A DNA stretch of 64,000 nt from contig JBJDZH010000011.1 of assembly GCA_051867895.1 (NCBI GenBank), positions 82,540-146,539 on the forward strand, read 5' to 3'. The position numbers and the translations under genes are program-made. The stretch is from Eubacteriales bacterium (GTDB lineage: Bacteria; Bacillota; Clostridia; Oscillospirales; CAG-272). Below, piece by piece: positions 9,831-19,099 of this stretch. How positions within the stretch are numbered: the first letter of the stretch is position 1; each line of letters begins with the position of its first letter. The notes beneath the pieces were generated by a model that did no database searches, was not told the origin of the DNA, and saw only the letters and a program-made list of their open reading frames with translations.

Positions 9831-9991
9831 AAATACCTCCGGAGTACGGCGTTATGTGCATATTGTAGCATATCCCGGGGAAAAAAACAAGTACACAGAT
9901 ACAGAGATGCGTTTTTTTGCGCGATTGCATTGACAGCGGAGCGCTTTGCCTATATAATGGATGCAGGGATTCAGTGAACACGGAGGTGCGT

Positions 9992-10528
9992 ATGCGCATT
10001 GATCTTACGCCGCTGCTGGACGGGCAGCAGTCGGAGCTGAACGTTGAGTATTCCTATACGCCCGATGCGGATGGTCCTCTTCTGCCGAAGGAGATCCATC
10101 TGCGTACGCCGGTGCATGTACGCTGCCGTGTTACCGACAGCCATGGCTATATGACGCTGACGGCTTCCGCCGCGGCGGAGTACGATACGGTGTGCGACCG
10201 CTGCCTTGCGCCGATCACGGCGCCGATCGCCGTTTCCATGGAGCGGCTGATCGCGTCGGGAACGGAGATCTCAGCGGACGGCGAGGAGGGAGACGACGGC
10301 GAGGACAGCCTTCTTGTGATGGACGGAGGCGCGGTGGAGATCGACCGCGAGCTGACCGAAACGCTTGCGCTGGAGCTGCCGCTCTATCATCTCTGCCGGG
10401 AGAATTGCCCGGGGCTGTGCCCGAAATGCGGAAAACGGCTGGCGGATGGGGATTGCGGCTGCTCATCCCAAAAAGAAATCGATCCGCGCTTCGCAATTTT
10501 GCAAAAACTACTTGAAAAGCAGGAATGA
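9992..10528 (+). CDS. yceD: YceD/DUF177 family protein (large-subunit accumulation factor)
   Basis: It lies immediately upstream of rpmF. Acidic core, C-terminal LCRENCPGLCPKCGKRLADGDCGC. GGAGG lies 5 nt upstream of ATG 9992. Confidence 0.8.
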   Translation: MRIDLTPLLDGQQSELNVEYSYTPDADGPLLPKEIHLRTPVHVRCRVTDSHGYMTLTASAAAEYDTVCDRCLAPITAPIAVSMERLIASGTEISADGEEGDDGEDSLLVMDGGAVEIDRELTETLALELPLYHLCRENCPGLCPKCGKRLADGDCGCSSQKEIDPRFAILQKLLEKQE

Positions 10529-10588
10529 ATCGTGTATAATATATCGTAGTATGCAAATTGACTACGAGTCCGTAAGGAGGTGTTCAGG

Positions 10589-10771
10589 ATGGCAGTTCCG
10601 AAGAGAAAAACATCCAAGGCGCGCAGAGACAAAAGACGTTCCAATGTCTGGAAGCTCGAGATGCCCGGCATGGTGAAGTGCCCGCACTGCGGCGAATATA
10701 ATCTCGCTCACTGCGTTTGCAAAAGCTGCGGTTACTATGACGGTAAAGAGATAATCAAAAAAGAGGCTTGA
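10589..10771 (+). CDS. rpmF: 50S ribosomal protein L32
   Basis: [17 protein letters not shown] plus CPHCG...CKSCG zinc ribbon. AGGAGG RBS. Confidence 0.95.
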   Translation: MAVPKRKTSKARRDKRRSNVWKLEMPGMVKCPHCGEYNLAHCVCKSCGYYDGKEIIKKEA

Positions 10772-10792
10772 TGCCCGGGTACAGGACCGCTT

Positions 10793-11428
10793 ATGGCGGT
10801 CTTGCGCTTTATATGGAGGAAATCTATGCGCTACTCTCCCCGTCCGTGCGACGCGCGCGCACAGCGCCTGATGTGGGCGTTCCTTGCGGCGGGCTCCGTG
10901 TGCTTCTGCCTGACGCCGCTCTGGCGGCAGGGGCGCGCAGTGTTTCAGCTCGGCGCCGTGGTGCTGATGTGCGGCGGGATCTATATCGCCGTGCGGTATA
11001 TGCTCACATCCTTCGTGTACGAGATAGCGCTGAAAAACAGCGCAGATCCAGGCGATATGCAGACGGCGCCGGCGGGCGGCGAGACGGATGTGCGGCTGCT
11101 CCCGAATTCCTCGCTGGATCTCGTTGTGCGCAAAGCGAGCGGGCAGCGCGCTGCTGTGATTGATGCATGCCTTGCGCTGGATGAGCTGGTGTATTTCGCG
11201 CCGCTTCCGCGCGAGGGCGGCAGGGAGCGTGAGCCGTACAAGCGCTATCCGGGTATGCGCGTCTACAATTATACGGCTTCCGTCGCTCCGCAGGCACAGT
11301 ATATGGCGGTCTTTGTGGACGGGGCGCAGAATGTGACCGGCGTCATTTTGGAGCCGGGAGCAGAGCTGGCGGATTTTCTGAGCGCCGCGGCGGAAAAGAA
11401 CGAGGAAGTGCGGCGGGGAGAACAGTAA
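10793..11428 (+). CDS. hypothetical membrane protein
   Basis: Two predicted TM helices (WAFLAAGSVCFCL, LGAVVLMCGGIYIAV). No recognisable family, and the start is uncertain. Confidence 0.4.
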   Translation: MAVLRFIWRKSMRYSPRPCDARAQRLMWAFLAAGSVCFCLTPLWRQGRAVFQLGAVVLMCGGIYIAVRYMLTSFVYEIALKNSADPGDMQTAPAGGETDVRLLPNSSLDLVVRKASGQRAAVIDACLALDELVYFAPLPREGGREREPYKRYPGMRVYNYTASVAPQAQYMAVFVDGAQNVTGVILEPGAELADFLSAAAEKNEEVRRGEQ

Positions 11429-11490
11429 CGCTGCGGCTGCGCTTTTTTGCGTGCCGCCATGCGTCCGGAGCCAATCCACACAGGAACAGA

Positions 11491-11536
11491 ACTGCCCATG
11501 CAGCAGACGGGTGAATGCGGCATGGGCAGTTTTGTT
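11491..11536 (+). terminator. intrinsic terminator
   Basis: CTGCCCATGC (11492-11501) pairs with GCATGGGCAG (11520-11529) and is followed by TTTTGTT. Confidence 0.65.
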
Positions 11537-11635
11537 ATGTCCCGCCGAAGTGTTGTATCCTGCCGGGAATATAATACTCTCCCATTTATAACAAAAAATT
11601 ACTTTTGCTTCGCGAATAAAATGAGCCCCTTCCCA

Positions 11636-11664
11636 TTGACACATACCCTCATTTGTGATAGAAT
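11636..11664 (+). promoter_or_regulatory. sigma-A-type promoter of the capsule/EPS operon
   Basis: TTGACA (11636-11641), a 17-nt spacer, then TGaTAGAAT (hexamer 11659-11664). Confidence 0.5.
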
Positions 11665-11902
11665 TTTTGATGAATCCGTATGTCTATACAGGCGCTTCTC
11701 CTTTTTCCCGGTCCGGAACCGGAAACAGTCCGGTGCAAAACGATCTTATTATATATATAACCAATATAGCCGGAGGGGCATGCCGTTTTTTCCCTGCTGG
11801 GGATACGGCTGGTACAGCCGCCACGGTAGGATGCCGGATATGCCGCGGTGCGCGGCTGTCCTGCGCACGTGTTCCCATATCACAGTAAAGGTCTGTTCGC
11901 TT

Positions 11903-13810
11903 ATGAAACGCAAGCTCGAGCTTTATCTTATTGATTTTTCTATTACTGCGGGTGTTTACTTCGCTGTATGTCTTTTGATCTTCTTTTGGAACGGAGCGGA
12001 TCCCGGACTTGCCCGCCTCGCGGCGGAAGCGCTTTTCGCCGCCGTTTTTTATTGTGCTTTTGCCGCTCTCTGCAAGGTCAACACCGTGATCTGGCGGTAT
12101 TCCTCTGAGAAGGACTATCTGTACATCTTCTGCGTGTCCCTGCTTTCCGGATTATGCAGCTTCCTTGTCTTCCGTCTTCTCCCCGGTTCCGCGGTGTCCG
12201 TTCTTTACAGTCTCGTCGCGCTGGTGCTGTGCTCCTGTGCGCTCACCTTCTCGCGCATTGTCTACCGTATCCTTGTGACCCGGAGAGTTTCCCGCGATGA
12301 GGAAAACGGGAAGCGCCTGCTCATTATCGGGGCGGGCAACGCGGGCTCCCGGATGCTCAACGAGATCCGCATGGCGCCGAACTGCACGCTGAAGCCAATC
12401 GGCTTCGCCGACGACGACGTCCAGAAGCTCAATCGCAGGATCGGCGGCATTCCGGTGCTCGGCACGGTTGCCGGCATTCAGGATATCTGCCGGGACAAGG
12501 CGATCGATCTGATCTACATCGCCATACCGTCCATCACGAACGAACGCCGCTCGCAGATCCTCAGCGAATGCCTCAAAACGGACTGCGCGGTAAAAACGCT
12601 TCCGATCGTTCCGGAGATCAACGACAGCCGGAATCTCATCGGCAGCCTGCGCGATATTACCCCGGAGGAGCTGCTCGGACGGGAACCGATCCAGGTAGCG
12701 GACGAGGACATCCTCGGCTTCATCAGCGGGAAGAATGTTCTCATCACAGGCGGCGGCGGCTCGATCGGATCGGAGATCTGCCGGCAGATCGCGGCCAAAG
12801 CGCCCCGGCGCCTCGTGATCGTGGACGTGTATGAAAACAACGCGTATGCCATCCAGCAGGAGCTGATCTGCCGGTACGGCGATTCGCTGAATCTTGAGGT
12901 CTATATCACGACCGTGTGTGATTTCAGGAAGCTGAATGCCATATTTGCTAAGGAAACGCCTGATATCGTCATTCATGCCGCCGCGCATAAGCACGTTCCC
13001 CTGATGGAGGTCGTGCCGGATGAGGCGGTGAAAAACAATATCTTCGGTACGCTCAACACCGTGCATGCCGCCATCGACAACAAGGTCGGCAGGATGGTCC
13101 TTATTTCCACGGACAAGGCGGTCAACCCCACCAACATCATGGGCGCGACCAAGCGCGTATGCGAAATGATTATCCAGTATGCCAATACGCTCACCCAGGA
13201 CACGACCTTTACCGCCGTGCGCTTCGGAAACGTCCTCGGCTCCAACGGTTCTGTGATTCCTTTGTTCAAAAATCAGATCGAGTCCCGCCATGACGTGACA
13301 GTGACGCATCCGGACATGATTCGCTATTTCATGACGATATCCGAAGCAAGCCAGCTCGTGCTTACCGCAAGCGCCATGGCAAAGGGCGGGGAGATCTTTG
13401 TTCTCGATATGGGAGAGCCGGTCAAAATTGACGACCTTGCCAAGAATATGATCCGCCTCTCCGGCCTTACGCTTGGGAAGGATATCAACATCAAATACAT
13501 CGGTCTCCGCCCCGGCGAGAAGCTCTTTGAGGAGCTGCTTCTCAGCGAGGAGGGCACACAGAAAACGGTGAACAAGAAGATCTATATCGGGAAAACGATC
13601 CCGATGGATTACCGCGTGTTTGAGAAGCAGCTGGAGGAATTGCGCGGAGTCGCCGAAAGCGGGGACTCCCGGCTCGTTGAGGAGGAGCTTATGAAAATGG
13701 TTCCCACCTTTCACAGAAGACAAAGTCATGCTGCGTCCGACGCCGCCCGTCCTTCCGCACGCGTGTCCGCCCGGCAGACGCCCTCCGTCGCCGCCGCCAT
13801 GATGCAGTGA
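11903..13810 (+). CDS. membrane-bound polysaccharide biosynthesis protein, CapD/PglF/WbpM-type UDP-sugar 4,6-dehydratase
   Basis: Start chosen at MKRKLELYLIDF. N-terminal TM helices are followed by two Rossmann motifs (LLIIGAGNAGSRM and VLITGGGGSIGSEI) and STDKAVNPTNIMGATKR. Confidence 0.85.
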   Translation: MKRKLELYLIDFSITAGVYFAVCLLIFFWNGADPGLARLAAEALFAAVFYCAFAALCKVNTVIWRYSSEKDYLYIFCVSLLSGLCSFLVFRLLPGSAVSVLYSLVALVLCSCALTFSRIVYRILVTRRVSRDEENGKRLLIIGAGNAGSRMLNEIRMAPNCTLKPIGFADDDVQKLNRRIGGIPVLGTVAGIQDICRDKAIDLIYIAIPSITNERRSQILSECLKTDCAVKTLPIVPEINDSRNLIGSLRDITPEELLGREPIQVADEDILGFISGKNVLITGGGGSIGSEICRQIAAKAPRRLVIVDVYENNAYAIQQELICRYGDSLNLEVYITTVCDFRKLNAIFAKETPDIVIHAAAHKHVPLMEVVPDEAVKNNIFGTLNTVHAAIDNKVGRMVLISTDKAVNPTNIMGATKRVCEMIIQYANTLTQDTTFTAVRFGNVLGSNGSVIPLFKNQIESRHDVTVTHPDMIRYFMTISEASQLVLTASAMAKGGEIFVLDMGEPVKIDDLAKNMIRLSGLTLGKDINIKYIGLRPGEKLFEELLLSEEGTQKTVNKKIYIGKTIPMDYRVFEKQLEELRGVAESGDSRLVEEELMKMVPTFHRRQSHAASDAARPSARVSARQTPSVAAAMMQ

Positions 13811-13811
13811 T

Positions 13812-14540
13812 ATGTACGACATCCACTGCCACATTCTCCCGGGCATTGACGACGGAGCGCGCTTTATGGAGGAATCGATCAGTATGGCGCTCGGAGCGTC
13901 CGGGGAGGCGACCAAAGGGATCATCTGCACGCCGCACGTTTTCTCCGAATCTCCGTATGAGGTGCGGGAGGTTCTCACCCGGCTTTGCAGCCTGAGACAG
14001 GCGGCGGAGGAAGCCGGGATCCCTGTGGAACTGTACGCCGGACAGGAGATTCTGCTCGGGGAAAACTATCGCGAGGTGCCGCAGATGCTGCTTTCCGGCG
14101 GGCTTCTGACGCTGGCGGATTCGGGGTATGTACTGATCGAATTTGCACCGCACGAGGAGTATGAGCTGATAGAGCAGAAAACAGCTTTCCTCGCGTCGCG
14201 CGGGTTTGCTCCGGTCATAGCGCATCCGGAACGGTACCGGATGGCACAGGAGCCGGAAAACCTGCTCCGCCTGAAACAAGCAGGCGCGCTGCTACAGCTC
14301 AACAAGGGAAGCCTCAAGGGACGCTTCGGACGCGCAGCGCAGGAAGCGGCGCATTTCCTTCTGGAGAAAAGAGCGGCGGATTTTCTGGCGAGCGACGCGC
14401 ACAGCCCGTATGTGCGCACTCCGCTGATGCGCGAGACGGGAGAGGCGGTCGCCGCGATGTACTCCGTCGGCTATGCGCGCCTTCTGCTGGAGGAAAATCC
14501 GCTCCGCGTCCTGAAAAACCTGCGGATCGCTCCCCGGTGA
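13812..14540 (+). CDS. cpsB: PHP-family protein-tyrosine phosphatase (CpsB/YwqE type)
   Basis: MYDIHCHILPGIDDGA N-terminus, then TPH... and SDAHS metal-binding motifs. Confidence 0.85.
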   Translation: MYDIHCHILPGIDDGARFMEESISMALGASGEATKGIICTPHVFSESPYEVREVLTRLCSLRQAAEEAGIPVELYAGQEILLGENYREVPQMLLSGGLLTLADSGYVLIEFAPHEEYELIEQKTAFLASRGFAPVIAHPERYRMAQEPENLLRLKQAGALLQLNKGSLKGRFGRAAQEAAHFLLEKRAADFLASDAHSPYVRTPLMRETGEAVAAMYSVGYARLLLEENPLRVLKNLRIAPR

Positions 14541-14740
14541 AGCCGGGAATGCACGGCGGTTCCCCGGCAGTATCCTTTCGCCCGCTTTTTTGCGCCGAGC
14601 GCGTTTGTGCGTGAAGGATTATAATCCAACTTGAAATACAGTCGTCATCCTCACGCGAAAGAGACTGCCCTGTGCCGGACAGGATCTTTCAAACATTATT
14701 CGTCCGCGCCCTCCGCGCCGGACGCTGGAGATGCCTTCCG

Positions 14741-15556
14741 ATGAAGATCCTTCGTTTATGTACGACTATTTTGTTTCTTTTGGTTCTCTGCGCTTTTGTG
14801 GTGTTCAATCTCCGGCAGCTGCGCATGGACAAGACCTATCCGGAGATCACCATCGACGGGGAGGTGCTGGAAGTGAGCCTGACCGCCGACCGTGCGGAGC
14901 TCATGACCGGAGTCACTGCTTACGACGAAAAGGACGGCGATATTACCGACAAAGTTATCATAGAATCGATCTCCCGCTTTACGGAGAAGGGCGTATCCAT
15001 TGTCCGCTACGCCGTCTGCGACAACGATGACCACGCGGTCTCCGCCCAGCGGAAGATCCGCTATAAGGATTACGAAAGTCCGCGTTTTACGCTCTCATCC
15101 TCGCTTGTTTTCAGCATGTCGGAGAACATTTATATCCGCTATATCCTGGGCGCGGAGGATTCCATCGACGGCGATATCAGCCGCAAAGTCATTATCACTG
15201 CCTCCGACTACAACGCACAGTCCAACGGCGTCTACTACATCTCGGCGAAGGTCACAAACAGCAAGGGCGACAAGATCTCCATCCTGCTTCCTATTTATAT
15301 TGAAGAAAAAAGCCTTTCCGCCCCCAGAATCGAGCTGGAAAGCTATCTGACCTATCTGCATGTGGGGGAGGAGATCGATCTGAGCGGTAACGTTCTCTCC
15401 GCCGTTGACAGCGACGGGACGGATATCCGGGAACGCGTGCAGATCGATACGGATTTCGATCCGGCGCATCCTGGGCAGTACGAGGCGCATTACCGCTGTA
15501 CCGACGCGCTCGGACGCACAGGGCATGAGATTCTCACGATCATTGTGGAAGAGTAA
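14741..15556 (+). CDS. membrane-anchored protein with about three Ig-like (DUF5011/HYR-like) repeats
   Basis: N-terminal TM helix (ILRLCTTILFLLVLCAFVVF). A D-GD-I-t/s-KV motif recurs (EKDGDITDKVII, SIDGDISRKVII) with a looser third copy (DSDGTDIRERVQI). Confidence 0.5.
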   Translation: MKILRLCTTILFLLVLCAFVVFNLRQLRMDKTYPEITIDGEVLEVSLTADRAELMTGVTAYDEKDGDITDKVIIESISRFTEKGVSIVRYAVCDNDDHAVSAQRKIRYKDYESPRFTLSSSLVFSMSENIYIRYILGAEDSIDGDISRKVIITASDYNAQSNGVYYISAKVTNSKGDKISILLPIYIEEKSLSAPRIELESYLTYLHVGEEIDLSGNVLSAVDSDGTDIRERVQIDTDFDPAHPGQYEAHYRCTDALGRTGHEILTIIVEE

Positions 15557-15610
15557 TACGGCGCGCCCGGCATTGTCCGGAGCCCCGTTTCATGAAAAAA
15601 AGGACCGAAC

Positions 15611-17104
15611 ATGAGCAGTAATACCGGAAACACCGGCAGCAAAAGCAGTTTTCATATAGAGCCGTACAGCCTGATGCGGGATATTGCGATGAATTTCTGG
15701 GTCGTGATTCTCTCTGCGCTGATCGGCATGATGGGCGTGTTCATCTGGAGCCGGGGAATGTACGTGCCGCAGTATACGAGCACCGCGACGCTCCTCGTCA
15801 ACATGAAGAATTCCGCCTCCTATACCTATACCAATCTTGCCACCTCCTCTGAGATCGCGCAGATCTATACGGACGTTTTGGTGCAGCCGATCGTCCGGGA
15901 GCGCGCGGCGGAAAGCCTCGGCATGCCTTCCTTTGACGGAAAGGTCAGCAGCGCTGTTTTGCCCGACACGAATATCTTTACCGTTTCCGTGACCTCCTCC
16001 TCTCCGGAGGTTTCCTACAGCGAGCTCTGCGCGGTGCTGGAGGTGTATCCCGCCGTTGCCGATACGATCTTTCAGGATTCCGTCGTGGAGATCATGCGCT
16101 CCCCCAACCTGCCGACCCGTCCTTCCAACACGATCGACGGAAGAAACGGCGTGCTTGTTGTGCTCATGCTTGCCGCTCTGGCGCTCGGCCTGATCGTGCT
16201 CCTCTCCGTCACGCGGGATACCGTGAAGGATGAGACGGACTTCCGCTGCAAGGTGGACGCGAAGCTGTTCGGCACCGTTCTGCACCAGCGGGAATACGGC
16301 TCTCTGCGCGAGCTGTTCACCCGGAAAAAAATGCCGCTTCTGATTACGGACGCCCGGACCGGTTTTCTGTTTACCGAAAGTTATCAGAAAATGGCGACCA
16401 AATTCGAGTACTTCAAACGGGTGGAGGGCAGCAGCATTTTCCTCATTACCAGCGTGGCGGAGAATGAGGGTAAATCCACAACAGCGTCCAACCTCGCGCT
16501 TGCCCTCGCGGGCAGGGGCAGCCGTGTCCTGTTGGTGGATATGGACTACAAAAAGCCCGCGATCCAGCATATTTTCGGACTGACTCCTCCCGAAAAGACG
16601 GATTTCACCGTCGTGCTGACGGGAAAGACGGCGGTCGAGGACTTCCGCTTTACGCAGTATCGAGATACGACGCTCCGCCTTGCTCTGAACGCCCGGCCGC
16701 ATGAGGATTATGTCCGATGGATCCACACCCCCGCCGTTTCCGCCGCTTTCCGGTATCTTGCGGAGCATTCCTTTGATTATATCCTCATCGACACGCCGCC
16801 GCTTGCCGTCTCCGCCGATGTGATGCCGCTTTCCGATATCGCGGATAAAACGCTTCTCGTCGTGCGGACGGACCGCGACTATACTGCGGATATCAACGAT
16901 GCCGTCCTCTCCTTTCGCGAAAATAAGAACGGCGCGTCATTTGCCGGCTGCATCCTGAACGACGTCCATCGTGAGTTCTCCCTACTCGGGCAGTTCGGCG
17001 CCGACGAATCCGGGAAAAGCGGCGCATATTACGGCTATTCCGGAAAGTATTCCAAGTATTCCGAGTATTCCAAATATTCCGGGTACTCCGACTACCACAA
17101 ATAA
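15611..17104 (+). CDS. Wzz-domain / BY-kinase fusion (polysaccharide co-polymerase tyrosine autokinase), copy 1
   Basis: Two TM helices flank a Wzz-like loop. Walker A is ENEGKSTTASNLA, A' is LLVDMDYKKP and B is YILIDTPP. The C-terminal Tyr cluster is YYGYSGKYSKYSEYSKYSGYSDY. Confidence 0.85.
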   Translation: MSSNTGNTGSKSSFHIEPYSLMRDIAMNFWVVILSALIGMMGVFIWSRGMYVPQYTSTATLLVNMKNSASYTYTNLATSSEIAQIYTDVLVQPIVRERAAESLGMPSFDGKVSSAVLPDTNIFTVSVTSSSPEVSYSELCAVLEVYPAVADTIFQDSVVEIMRSPNLPTRPSNTIDGRNGVLVVLMLAALALGLIVLLSVTRDTVKDETDFRCKVDAKLFGTVLHQREYGSLRELFTRKKMPLLITDARTGFLFTESYQKMATKFEYFKRVEGSSIFLITSVAENEGKSTTASNLALALAGRGSRVLLVDMDYKKPAIQHIFGLTPPEKTDFTVVLTGKTAVEDFRFTQYRDTTLRLALNARPHEDYVRWIHTPAVSAAFRYLAEHSFDYILIDTPPLAVSADVMPLSDIADKTLLVVRTDRDYTADINDAVLSFRENKNGASFAGCILNDVHREFSLLGQFGADESGKSGAYYGYSGKYSKYSEYSKYSGYSDYHK

Positions 17105-17107
17105 GAA

Positions 17108-18604
17108 ATGGCAGAGCCTATGAACGATAAGAACACACAGCCGCCGCTCAAAACCGAAGAGGAGAGCGAGGGCGTTTCCATCCGACCGTTTCTGGAGGCG
17201 ATCCTCCGGTTCTGGTATGTGATCCTGATCCTGGCGCTCCTCGGCGGCGCTCTCATGTTCTGCAGAAGCTATGCCCGCTACACGCCGGTGTATCAGTCCT
17301 CCGTCACCTTTACCGTCCATACGCAGGAGATCAGCTCCTCCGGGATCGGCATGACGTCGTATTCCTTCGCGTATAACCGCGCGACCGCCAAGCAGCTTTC
17401 CTCCACTTTCCCGAATATCATCAAAAGCAACATCCTGCAGGATATCCTCTGCAATGATCTCGGGATGTCGTACCTTCCCGTGTCGCTGTCCGCCGCTTCC
17501 GTCGCCGGCACGAATATGTTTACTATTACGGCAAAGGGAAACGATCCGCAGCTCACCTACGACGTGCTGCAGTCCGTTATCCGGAACTATCCCGCCGTGG
17601 CGGATTACGTTATCGGAAACACGGAGCTTGTAATTCTCAGCGCTCCCGAGATCCCGACGGAGCCGTCCAATGTACGCGGTTCCCGCTCCCAGTTTCTGAA
17701 GGGCGCCGTCGCCGGCGTTCTCCTCGGGCTTCTGTGGGCGCTGGTCTATGCGATTCTGCGCCATACGGTGAACACGCGCACCGACATCCGGCAGAAGCTC
17801 GGGCAGAAGTGCGTCGGCGTGCTGCCGCGGGTCAGCTTCAAAAAATACGGAAAGGATGTCAGCCGCAGCGTAACGGTTACGAATCCTCTGGTCGGCGACG
17901 GCTACCGCGAGGCGGTCCGCGCCCTTCGCAATACTGTCCTGAAATCCGCCTCGAATGGCAGCAAGGTCATCATGGTTACCAGTACGGCTCCCTCCGAGGG
18001 AAAAACGACGACAGCCGTCAATCTTGCCCTGTCGATTGCCGCGATGAAGAAAAACGTAATCCTCGTCGACGCGGACATGAGAAGCCCGAGTGTCCGGAAA
18101 ACACTCGGCGTCAAGCCGCTTGAATTCGATCCCTCCGACCGGCAGATCGTGAAGATCGCGCGCTTCAGCTTTCCGGATGACGTCTCGCTGTCCGTGATGA
18201 ATTTCAATACCGCCCGCTTTCGGCTGTGGAACATCGCGCGGCACGACAATCTCAGCTCCGTTTTTGCGATCCTGCGCAAAAACTATGATTTCGTGATCGT
18301 CGATACCTCTCCCGTCGGGTTGACTTCCGAGGCAGCCGTCGTTGGGAGCGTCTCCGACTGCGCGCTCCTTGTCGTAAGGCAGGATACCGTGCGTACCAAC
18401 CGCATCTGCGCCTCCATCGACAGTATGCAGTCGTCGGACGTGAAGCTGCTCGGCTGCGTTCTCAACGACGCGTCGGAAAGCGCCCTCGGCGGTCATGGCT
18501 ACGGCTACGGCTACGGATATAAATACGGTTACGGGTATCACTACGGCTACGGCTATAGAAGCAAGTACGGCTACGGTTCGGCGTCCGGCGGAAAGACGGA
18601 GTGA
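17108..18604 (+). CDS. Wzz-domain / BY-kinase fusion, copy 2
   Basis: Same architecture as copy 1. Walker A is PSEGKTTTAVNLA, A' is ILVDADMRSP and B is FVIVDTSP. The C-terminal GY-repeat tail is GYGYGYGYKYGYGYHYGYGYRSKYGYG. Confidence 0.85.
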   Translation: MAEPMNDKNTQPPLKTEEESEGVSIRPFLEAILRFWYVILILALLGGALMFCRSYARYTPVYQSSVTFTVHTQEISSSGIGMTSYSFAYNRATAKQLSSTFPNIIKSNILQDILCNDLGMSYLPVSLSAASVAGTNMFTITAKGNDPQLTYDVLQSVIRNYPAVADYVIGNTELVILSAPEIPTEPSNVRGSRSQFLKGAVAGVLLGLLWALVYAILRHTVNTRTDIRQKLGQKCVGVLPRVSFKKYGKDVSRSVTVTNPLVGDGYREAVRALRNTVLKSASNGSKVIMVTSTAPSEGKTTTAVNLALSIAAMKKNVILVDADMRSPSVRKTLGVKPLEFDPSDRQIVKIARFSFPDDVSLSVMNFNTARFRLWNIARHDNLSSVFAILRKNYDFVIVDTSPVGLTSEAAVVGSVSDCALLVVRQDTVRTNRICASIDSMQSSDVKLLGCVLNDASESALGGHGYGYGYGYKYGYGYHYGYGYRSKYGYGSASGGKTE

Positions 18605-18623
18605 ATCCTGGAGCGGGGCATCC

Positions 18624-19097
18624 ATGCATAGAGATCAGGCATCCGAAAATAAAGACAGGGTTCTCACAGACGGCGAGCTTTTGACGCTTTTGCAGGACTC
18701 CGGGGGAGAAATCCGGCTTGCCGTCACCGGCTCCAGCATGGCGCCGCTTTTGAAAAACGGAAAAACGACGGTCGTGCTGTCCGGCAGTTTTACGCCCTCC
18801 CGCGGCAGGATCCTGCTGTACCGTCGGGCGGACGGCTCTCTGCTTCTCCATCGCGTGAGAAAGGTACGCCGGGACGGCTGTCTACTCATGAACGGCGATG
18901 CGCAGTCCTGGTGCGAGACGATCCGCCCCGAACAGGCGGTCGCAGCAGTGGTCGGTATCGATTTCGGAAAAGGAAGAATCAAATACAACGATCCGCTGCT
19001 TTGCGCGTGGGATTTTCTGTGGTACTTTACCCGCCCCGTGCGCCCGCAGCTGTTTCGTTTTTTCGGCAGGATTCGCAAGAGAAGCGAAGGAGATTGA
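18624..19097 (+). CDS. S24/S26-family (signal-peptidase/LexA-like) serine peptidase
   Basis: GSSMAPLL (nucleophile Ser context), LLHRVRKV (candidate Lys) and MNGD. Start chosen at MHRDQ (18624); the longer ORF overlaps the preceding gene. Confidence 0.6.
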   Translation: MHRDQASENKDRVLTDGELLTLLQDSGGEIRLAVTGSSMAPLLKNGKTTVVLSGSFTPSRGRILLYRRADGSLLLHRVRKVRRDGCLLMNGDAQSWCETIRPEQAVAAVVGIDFGKGRIKYNDPLLCAWDFLWYFTRPVRPQLFRFFGRIRKRSEGD

Positions 19098-19099
19098 AA

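Noticed and set aside
11447-11902. 152-aa N-terminal extension of the CapD-like ORF.
   Set aside because: It spans a terminator (11491-11536) and a promoter (11636-11664). The conserved membrane domain begins at MKRKLELYLIDF (11903).
15590-18625. Two long minus-strand ORFs (392 aa and 547 aa) antisense to the BY-kinase genes.
   Set aside because: They have no recognisable motifs and an Arg/Gly/Asp-rich composition. The plus-strand products carry Walker A/A'/B motifs and Tyr clusters.
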